Source of the DNA: a virus
DNA: 37,564 nucleotides
IMG/VR virus record: IMGVR_UViG_3300028031_000003
Coordinates: 1 to 37,564 of that record
Direction: 5' to 3' (one strand)
A program made the position numbers and the translations under genes. The notes under the pieces are model-generated. The model was given only the letters and a program-made list of their open reading frames with translations, was not told where the DNA came from and did not search any database. Positions 31,512 through 37,564 of the stretch are shown here, piece by piece. Each line of letters starts with the position of its first letter. Position 1 is the first letter of the stretch.

Positions 31512-32918
31512 ATGGCCGTAAGCACATTACATTCAAAGTATTCTGAAAACATAGCTAAAATTCGCACGGTCAGAGACTGTGTTGAAGGGTCAAGAAAGAT
31601 AAAGCAAGGCAAAGAGCTGTACCTTCCAAAGCCTAACCCTGATGATGTTTCGGAAGAAAATAGAAATCGATATATCGACTATATTACTCGAGCAAATTTT
31701 ATAAATTTCACTGGCCATACCCTAGAGGGGTTGCTTGGTATGGTTTTCAGAAAAGACCCAGAAATTAAGCTGCCATCATCTATCGAATATTTAATTGATA
31801 ATGCGGATGGAAACGGACTAAGTCTTAAGCAGGTTGGCCAGTCGGTAGTTAGCGAGATTGCACAGGCTGGCAGACACGGTCTTCTGACTGATTACCCGCA
31901 AGCTGAAAGCGGCTTAACGAAATCAGAAGTAACAAATCTTGGTTTGTTGGCCACTATAAAATCATACAAGGCTGAGTCAATAATAAATTGGAGGACAATA
32001 ACCAGAGGCTCTACAACTATGCTGTCTCTGGTTGTGCTGCTTGAGCCAACGGAAGTTATCAAGGATAGTGACAATGAAGTTTCCTTCGATATAGATGTAG
32101 TTGACTACTATCGTGTGCTGTACATTGACAAAGGAGTTTACAAACAAAGGCTTTATGATAACAATGAAAAACTTATTCAAGATGAAATAATCCCAAATAA
32201 TGAAAGAGGCGAGCCTTGGAATTTAATTCCCTTCGTTTTTGTTGGCTCAGAAGAAAATGATGTAAATATAGATAAAATTCCAATTTACGACATAGCAGAA
32301 ATAAATATATCACACTACCGAAACAGCGCTGACTTTGAAGAAAGTTCATATCAAATAGGACAGCCAACGCCCGTATTGTCAGGTCTAAATCAAAACTGGG
32401 TTGACGAAAATATGAAAGGCGGCGTAATGCTTGGCTCAAGATCGGCAATTCTGTTGCCAGAGGGCGGTGGCTCGTCTTTATTGCAAGCAAATCCTAATCA
32501 AATGCCGGAGCGAGGGATGGAAATGAAAGAGGCCCAAATGGTGATGATTGGTGCCCGCATAATTCAAGACATGGGCGGAAATGAGACGGTTGATGCTGCC
32601 AGTATGCGAAATGCCGGGCAAAACTCAAAGTTATCACTGATAGTCACAAATACAAGAAACGCGCTGATGCAATGCTTGGCATGGGCAACCGAATATATGG
32701 GCGGAGACCCTGAACAAATCGAGCTAGAGTTTAATAAGCAGTTTTATGATAAATCTATTGACCCGCAAGCCGTTATTGCTGACATCCAGCTATTAGACAG
32801 GGGTGTTATTGCTAAGAAAGATTTGCGTCGAAACTTGAGAAAGGCTGACAGAATAGCCGATGATAGAACAGACGAGGATATTGATTCGGAGGCACAGGCT
32901 TCTAGCCCTATAGAATAA
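31512..32918 (+). CDS. Portal protein
   Basis: 468 aa, between terL and the Mu-F-like gene. It has a DUF4055-like N-terminus (...VRDCVEGSRKIKQGKELYLPKPNP...NRYIDYITRANFINFTGHTLEGLLGMVFRK) and an acidic C-terminus. Confidence 0.8.
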   Translation: MAVSTLHSKYSENIAKIRTVRDCVEGSRKIKQGKELYLPKPNPDDVSEENRNRYIDYITRANFINFTGHTLEGLLGMVFRKDPEIKLPSSIEYLIDNADGNGLSLKQVGQSVVSEIAQAGRHGLLTDYPQAESGLTKSEVTNLGLLATIKSYKAESIINWRTITRGSTTMLSLVVLLEPTEVIKDSDNEVSFDIDVVDYYRVLYIDKGVYKQRLYDNNEKLIQDEIIPNNERGEPWNLIPFVFVGSEENDVNIDKIPIYDIAEINISHYRNSADFEESSYQIGQPTPVLSGLNQNWVDENMKGGVMLGSRSAILLPEGGGSSLLQANPNQMPERGMEMKEAQMVMIGARIIQDMGGNETVDAASMRNAGQNSKLSLIVTNTRNALMQCLAWATEYMGGDPEQIELEFNKQFYDKSIDPQAVIADIQLLDRGVIAKKDLRRNLRKADRIADDRTDEDIDSEAQASSPIE

Positions 32919-33955
32919 TGTCCGCTAGAGATCACCTAATTGACATTGCAACAAGGCATCAGGTGCTTGTTCAGCGCTACTCTTCTGGCCAAGCCAATGA
33001 GGCTAAAAAGCTAATAAAAAGGCTTCGCAGAGAGATTGTTGCTAGGTTATCTGATGAGCCTACGAAATTTCAAATAAATAGGTTAAACCCATTGCTCATA
33101 TCATTAAATGAGCTTTACGATAGCGTATTTTCAGACTTGTCCACAAGCATTAATTCTGCTTCATTTGATTTCTCATTAAGCGAAATGAGATTTTCAGAAT
33201 CCATGATTAATTCTACCGTTGTTGATTCGGTGATTGTTTCGTTGCCAAGTACTCAGCAGCTACAATCTGCATTGATTAGCAGCAAAATGAATGTCAGGCT
33301 TTCAAATTCAAGCGTGACAATAAATCAGGCAATTCAGTCGTTTGCTAACAAGAAGTCGCTAGAAATAACAAGAACTGTAAATGATTCAATTTTATTGGGT
33401 GACACTACTCCTCAAATATCTAAAAAAGTATCTGAGCTAATGAATGTTAAGCACACTAGAGAGGTTGAGTCACTTGTTAGCACGGTGGTTAACCATTCGT
33501 CTAATGTCGCTCGAAATTTAGTCTACGATGAGAATCAAGATATATTAGATGGGTATGAATGGGTAAGCACTCTTGATTCAAAGACCACGCTTGTGTGTTC
33601 TGGACGTGACGGCAAAACTTACAACATTAATGCAGGGCCGTTTCCGCCTGCACACTTCAAGTGTAGATCAACCACAATTCCCGTTGTAAACTCAAATTTT
33701 ACAGTAGTTAAGTTGGCTGGTATGCGGCCGCAATCTGGTGACACTAGCGGGAGAACTAGTGGCAAAACAACTTATGGGCAATGGCTCAAAAAACAGTCTA
33801 AAAAGTTTCAGCAAGAAGCTTTAGGCCCGGAGCGAGCAAAGCTATTTAGGTCTGGAAAATTAAAGATAGACCAGTTTACAGATGAGCTTAGCGGTGACAC
33901 GTTAACGTTAGATGCTCTCGAATCAAAATACCCTTTGGCATTTGAATTAAATTAG
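32918..33955 (+). CDS. Head morphogenesis protein (Mu F / SPP1 gp7 family)
   Basis: WVSTLDSKTTLVCSGRDGKTYN...GPFPPAHFKCRSTTIPV is the family signature. Confidence 0.8.
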   Translation: MSARDHLIDIATRHQVLVQRYSSGQANEAKKLIKRLRREIVARLSDEPTKFQINRLNPLLISLNELYDSVFSDLSTSINSASFDFSLSEMRFSESMINSTVVDSVIVSLPSTQQLQSALISSKMNVRLSNSSVTINQAIQSFANKKSLEITRTVNDSILLGDTTPQISKKVSELMNVKHTREVESLVSTVVNHSSNVARNLVYDENQDILDGYEWVSTLDSKTTLVCSGRDGKTYNINAGPFPPAHFKCRSTTIPVVNSNFTVVKLAGMRPQSGDTSGRTSGKTTYGQWLKKQSKKFQQEALGPERAKLFRSGKLKIDQFTDELSGDTLTLDALESKYPLAFELN

Positions 33956-34223
33956 CATAATTTTCCTTATTTCTATTGGCGTTTAAGTATCTTTTCTGCC
34001 TTCTTTTGTCTATTTTTGGGCTATTTATCATGAAAATATTAGCGGGAGTTTCCTGTATTGTTTTCAATGCCTCGCTAATAGGTCTGGATTTTCCGTAAAA
34101 ATACCTAAGATATGACTCAAATCCAGCATCAATAAAAGAATCTCCAACTTTAATTTTCTCACTCTCAATTTGAATAAGCATAGCCATATACTTTGATTTC
34201 TTTCTTAATTCTTGTTTTTTCAT
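33888..34223 (-). CDS. Opposite-strand hypothetical gene inside the head module (moron-like)
   Basis: 111-aa ORF whose 3' end overlaps the Mu-F-like gene by 68 nt. Its upstream region carries an 11-bp inverted repeat and the DnaA-box cluster. Confidence 0.4.
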   Translation of the reverse strand: MKKQELRKKSKYMAMLIQIESEKIKVGDSFIDAGFESYLRYFYGKSRPISEALKTIQETPANIFMINSPKIDKRRQKRYLNANRNKENYANLIQMPKGILIREHLTLTCHR

Positions 34224-34260
34224 AAAATTCCTAGAGAAAATAAATTGATCGAAGTTAATT

Positions 34261-34293
34261 ATATCAACTTATTTTGAAGTGTTAAGTTGATAT
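34261..34293. repeat. Perfect 11-bp inverted repeat (atatcaactta - 11 nt - taagttgatat)
   Basis: Read directly. It overlaps a TATAAT on the minus strand. Confidence 0.9.
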
Positions 34294-34295
34294 CC

Positions 34296-34368
34296 TGTGT
34301 AAATCCTGTGCATAAGTTGTGCATATGTGGATAACTTATGCTATATTCTGTTTATATCCTGTGGATAA
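34296..34368 (+). promoter_or_regulatory. Cluster of same-orientation DnaA boxes (complement of TTATNCACA)
   Basis: Perfect 9-mers are TGTGCATAA (34307..34315), TGTGGATAA (34326..34334) and TGTGGATAA (34360..34368). Weaker sites are TGTGTAAAT (34296..34304) and TGTGCATAT (34318..34326). ATCCTGTG occurs three times. Confidence 0.6.
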
Positions 34369-34398
34369 CTATAGGCTAGTGGCCAAAGAGAAGAAAAT

Positions 34399-35082
34399 AT
34401 GAAGTTTAGAAATCAATTCCTAAAGTACCAAATTAACCAAAATGATGATGGTGGTGAACAAGGTGGAGGAGGTGGCGGTGAGGACTTGTCGGGTCAGGTA
34501 GAAGACCTTAAGAGCCAGCTTAATAAGCTTCAATCGAAAAATAACGAATTATTGGATGAGACAAAAAAAGCTAAGAATGAGCGTAAAGCAGCTCAAGAAG
34601 ATGCTAAGAACAAGGCTGAGGCCGCATTAAAAGAAGCCGGCGATTACAAGGCTCTTTATGGCTCAGCAGAGGAAAAATATAATGATCTTAATGATCGATT
34701 TGAAAAGTTAAACATTAGCAATGCTAATGAAAAAATAAGCAAGGCAGCTTTGCTCATGGCAAATGAGCTTGCGAATGGATTTAACGCAGAATTATTGAGT
34801 GAGCAAATTAGCAAGAGGATGAGATTCCAAGATGGGGGGATCAAAGTCACTAATGAAAATGGTGATTTGACAGTCTCATCTTTGGATGATTTAAAGCAAG
34901 ATATAAAATCAAATGAGAGGTTTTCCGGTTTATTGGCAGGAAATCAATCTAGCGGAGGCGGTGCTTCCGGCGACAAAGGTAAGAGCGGCGGTGCTGCGCA
35001 AGATAAAACACATGACGAGGTGCTGGCTATGCAGCCGCACGAACGAGCGCTTTATTTTAAGAAAAAGCGCGAAAAAAATTAA
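34399..35082 (+). CDS. Scaffolding protein
   Basis: 227 aa with a Gly run, then a long charged coiled coil (DLKSQLNKLQSKNNELLDETKKAKNERKAAQEDAKNKAEAALKE). It lies directly upstream of the major capsid gene. Confidence 0.7.
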   Translation: MKFRNQFLKYQINQNDDGGEQGGGGGGEDLSGQVEDLKSQLNKLQSKNNELLDETKKAKNERKAAQEDAKNKAEAALKEAGDYKALYGSAEEKYNDLNDRFEKLNISNANEKISKAALLMANELANGFNAELLSEQISKRMRFQDGGIKVTNENGDLTVSSLDDLKQDIKSNERFSGLLAGNQSSGGGASGDKGKSGGAAQDKTHDEVLAMQPHERALYFKKKREKN

Positions 35083-35094
35083 AGGTGAATTAAA

Positions 35095-36228
35095 ATGTCA
35101 GAAGACAATTTAGCAGCAATAATGTCAAATGTTTACGAGGCTATGGATATCATTAGTCGTGAGCCAATCGGTATGGTTGGTTCTGTTACCGTTTCCGCAA
35201 GCAGTCAGCGCGTAGCGCTAAATCAAAATATTGCGGTGGATATTGAGCCGGAAATTGTCGGTGTCTCCGTCGTTCCTGCTATGACGCCTCCTGAACCAGC
35301 AGACTTAACGCCAGAAGTTGAAAATATTGTAATTACAAAGGCGGAAGCTTTTCCATTTAAAATAACTGGTGATAGCCAGAAAATATATGACACTAGCTCC
35401 GGCTGGATAAGCGCCCGAACAAATAGAATTTTGCAGGCCATGAGAACGGCTTCTAATGCAGTTGAAGCTGATTTAGCTGCACTTCATACTCAATTTGGTC
35501 GGGCTTACGGTACACCCGGCACAACTCCATTTTCATCTACAACCGCAGATTCAGCTCAGTTGGGAAAAATACTAACCGATAATGGCGCCCCGGCAAATGA
35601 GCGTAAGCTTGTTATAGATACAACTGCCGGAGTGAATTTGCGTTCACTGGCATCGCTAACTAAGGCAAATGAAGCGGGTACCACCGACACGCTAAGGCTT
35701 GGAAGCCTGTTAGACCTTAACGGTTTTAGAATTTCTGAATCTGGAAAAATAAATACATCGGTAGCAGGTACTGGTGCATCTTACCAAACTACTGCCGCTT
35801 TTGCGGTTGGTGATACAAGTATAACGCTTGACACTGGCACGGGCACCATTCTGGCTGGCGATTGCATCCAATTCGCAGGCGATAGCAATATTTATGTTGT
35901 CCATACTGCGCTAACTGCTGGCACTGTGATAATCGCTAAAAACGGGCTTAGAGAATCGTTATCTGATAATACAGCCGTTACTGTTATTGCAGCAGCCGCC
36001 AGAAATATGGCTTTCAATCGGTCTGCCATCGTTTTGGCTGCTCGGCCTATTTCTATGCCTGATGACGGTGATGCAGCAACCGAAGTTGAGATGATTGTTG
36101 ACCCGGTTTCGGGCTTGCCTTTTGAGATAGCGCACTACAAAGGCTATCGAATGAACAGGTGGGAGCTTAACCTTGCTTGGGGAGCAAAGGTCATTAAGCG
36201 AGAGCACACAGCTTTGTTGTTAGGTTAA
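35095..36228 (+). CDS. Major capsid protein (HK97-fold, P22-coat-like family)
   Basis: 377 aa, reading ...NVYEAMDIISREPIGMVGSVTVSASSQRVALNQNIAVDI... A strong terminator follows. Confidence 0.8.
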   Translation: MSEDNLAAIMSNVYEAMDIISREPIGMVGSVTVSASSQRVALNQNIAVDIEPEIVGVSVVPAMTPPEPADLTPEVENIVITKAEAFPFKITGDSQKIYDTSSGWISARTNRILQAMRTASNAVEADLAALHTQFGRAYGTPGTTPFSSTTADSAQLGKILTDNGAPANERKLVIDTTAGVNLRSLASLTKANEAGTTDTLRLGSLLDLNGFRISESGKINTSVAGTGASYQTTAAFAVGDTSITLDTGTGTILAGDCIQFAGDSNIYVVHTALTAGTVIIAKNGLRESLSDNTAVTVIAAAARNMAFNRSAIVLAARPISMPDDGDAATEVEMIVDPVSGLPFEIAHYKGYRMNRWELNLAWGAKVIKREHTALLLG

Positions 36229-36232
36229 ATTT

Positions 36233-36257
36233 AGAGGGCTGAAACGCCCTCTTTTTT
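36233..36257 (+). terminator. Rho-independent terminator after the capsid gene
   Basis: AGAGGGC-tgaaac-GCCCTCT is followed by TTTTT. Confidence 0.85.
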
Positions 36258-36275
36258 CTAAATTGGAGTTAAAAA

Positions 36276-36437
36276 ATGTCACACGGTAAAGTTAAAACTG
36301 TCAGTATAAAATCTGATTCTAAGTCTGGTTACACGGTAATTAACGAGTCTGAATTTGATGAAAAAAAGCACAAGATTTTTATTGTTAAAACTGTTAAAAC
36401 TGTTAAAACTGTAAAAAAAGACGACAAGCCTGAATAA
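36276..36437 (+). CDS. Small lysine-tailed protein (53 aa, below the ORF-track cutoff)
   Basis: A GGAG RBS lies 8 nt upstream. Translation is MSHGKVKTVSIKSDSKSGYTVINESEFDEKKHKIFIVKTVKTVKTVKKDDKPE*. The stop overlaps the next ATG (TAATG). Confidence 0.6.
   Translation: MSHGKVKTVSIKSDSKSGYTVINESEFDEKKHKIFIVKTVKTVKTVKKDDKPE
36383..36412 (+). repeat. Tandem repeat, about 3.3 x 9 nt (tgttaaaac), encoding (VKT)3
   Basis: Read directly: tgttaaaactgttaaaactgttaaaactgt. Confidence 0.95.
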
Positions 36438-36910
36438 TGGCTGTAATTGTCACAGAAAATGGGAGCGGCCTTGCTTCTGCAAACAGCTATGTTTCTGAGG
36501 CCGATTGCACGTTTTATGCAACAGATAGAGGTGCGTCTATATCTGGTGTTGTGGCTGACTTATTGATTAAGGCAATGGATTATATCGAGTCAAATAATTT
36601 TATAGGCAGGAAAAAAACAATGTCACAAGCGTTGCAGTGGCCTAGATATGATGTTGTTATTGATGGTTTTTACCCTGAAAGCACAGAGATACCTCTGTTA
36701 CTCAAAGACGCATTGTGTGAGGTTGTCATAGGCATTGATGGCGGCACAAATCCGCTCGCGAACGTTCCACGTGAAACGGTTAAAGAAAAGGTCGATGTCA
36801 TTGAGGTAGAGTATTCTGCATCAGCTAGGCCTCAAACTTATTTGCTGGCAGCGGAAACAAAATTGAAAAAGATAACTAAATCTAATCAAAGTAGAGCGAT
36901 TCGTGGTTGA
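36437..36910 (+). CDS. Head-tail adaptor (gp6 / DnaT-like family)
   Basis: GLASANSYVSEADCTFYATDRG...LIKAMDYIE...FIGRKKTMSQALQWPR matches the N-terminal pattern of this adaptor family. Confidence 0.6.
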   Translation: MAVIVTENGSGLASANSYVSEADCTFYATDRGASISGVVADLLIKAMDYIESNNFIGRKKTMSQALQWPRYDVVIDGFYPESTEIPLLLKDALCEVVIGIDGGTNPLANVPRETVKEKVDVIEVEYSASARPQTYLLAAETKLKKITKSNQSRAIRG

Positions 36911-37256
36911 TTTTTCTGCCTTAGCCGATACAGCTCAAAGGCTGTTATCTAGCAATGGGCAAACTTTGATTTTTACTAGGCAAATTGTTGCCAGTTCTGA
37001 CCCAGTCACTGGAATAAATTCTTATGCGTTATCAAATTATTCTGGAAAAGGTGCCGGTTTTGATTATATTAATTCAGAGATTGACGGAGAAGTTATTAAA
37101 AAAGGCGACGTTAGAATTGTCTTAGAATCTGTTGATACAAAGCCATTACAAAACGATAAGGTCACATACAATGGTTCTGTATATCGAGTCATGAATATTG
37201 AAGAGGTCTCTCCCTCCGGGGTTGTCGTAATATATAAATTACAGGTAAGAAAATGA
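36903..37256 (+). CDS. Head-closure / head-tail joining protein
   Basis: 117 aa with a GTG start. The C-terminus KVTYNGSVYRVMNIEEVSPSGVVVIYKLQVRK is typical of head-closure proteins. Confidence 0.55.
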   Translation: MVDFSALADTAQRLLSSNGQTLIFTRQIVASSDPVTGINSYALSNYSGKGAGFDYINSEIDGEVIKKGDVRIVLESVDTKPLQNDKVTYNGSVYRVMNIEEVSPSGVVVIYKLQVRK

Positions 37257-37564
37257 GCTTATCATCAGATTTAGCTGCATTTTCTAAAAAAACCGAAGCA
37301 GCCGGAGAGAAAGTTTTTAGAGGGTCGGCTTTAGAAATTTTATCAACAGGTATAAAGAGGACTCCTGTTTTGTCAGGTCGGTTGCGAGGCAACTGGTTTA
37401 CAAAAATTAATAAAATAGATGGCTCATCATCCGATGGGAGGAGTGCAAATAAATCCATATCAAATGCTGTCATAGAGACAGGAAAGGCTAAGTTAACAGA
37501 TGTCATCTACATGGTTAATAATTTGCCTTATGCGGCTGAGATTGAAAGAGGCAGTAGCAAGCAA
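37253..37564 (+). CDS. HK97 gp10-like tail-completion/neck protein, N-terminal part (runs off the window end and continues at 128..202 after the junction)
   Basis: The ATG at 37253 overlaps the TGA of the upstream gene (ATGA). Translation is MSLSSDLAAFSKKTEAAGEKVFRGSALEILSTGIKRTPVLSGRLRGNWFTKINK..., with no stop before the window end. Confidence 0.75.
   Translation, partial: MSLSSDLAAFSKKTEAAGEKVFRGSALEILSTGIKRTPVLSGRLRGNWFTKINKIDGSSSDGRSANKSISNAVIETGKAKLTDVIYMVNNLPYAAEIERGSSKQ
37438..37564. repeat. Second copy of the 127-bp terminal direct repeat
   Basis: Exact match to 1..127 by direct comparison. Confidence 0.95.

Noticed and set aside
1-37564. Global stop-codon reassignment (TGA or TAA read as sense), suggested by the UCA and possible UUA tRNAs.
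   Set aside because: Standard-code ORFs give full-length, correctly ordered phage proteins. TGA, TAA and TAG all terminate confident genes at tightly coupled junctions (ATGA, TAATG). No large gene is fragmented.

Overview
The window is one complete phage genome. Bases 1..127 are identical to 37438..37564, so the contig closes into a 37,437-bp circle (or is a circularly permuted or terminally redundant genome), and one CDS runs across the junction. The architecture is siphovirus-like. The plus-strand arm runs from 25832 across the junction to 13822. It carries an Erf/YqaJ recombination module, small and large terminase, portal, Mu-F-like protein, scaffold, major capsid, head-tail connectors, tail tube, a G/GT chaperone pair with an A_AAT_TTT slippery site, tape measure, a LamG tail protein, a 1385-aa tip protein, a beta-helix tailspike, and a lysis cassette with an embedded Rz/Rz1 spanin pair. 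The divergent minus-strand arm (25728 down to 13825) holds small early genes and DNA-metabolism genes: an HTH regulator, an RHH-like protein, NinB, a C5-methyltransferase, SSB, HNH, MazG, a Ref-like nuclease and VRR-NUC. I recognise no integrase, replication initiator, helicase, primase or polymerase. The observations most worth follow-up are listed here. (1) A 161-codon, protein-like ORF is overprinted in the +1 frame of the dcm gene, with a G9/C9 run inside the overlap. (2) A plus-strand cluster of three tRNA-like genes includes a UCA (opal-reading) anticodon, an A34 tRNA-Ile, and a 109-nt tRNA with an insertion in its anticodon arm. (3) Same-orientation DnaA boxes cluster inside the head-gene module. 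(4) A 62-bp promoter plus 5'UTR cassette is present in two exact copies. (5) A hexanucleotide microsatellite encodes a (GF/GD)n protein tail. (6) A remnant of the tailspike N-terminal anchor module lies just upstream of the tailspike gene. All functional calls come from reading motifs by eye; no database search was possible.
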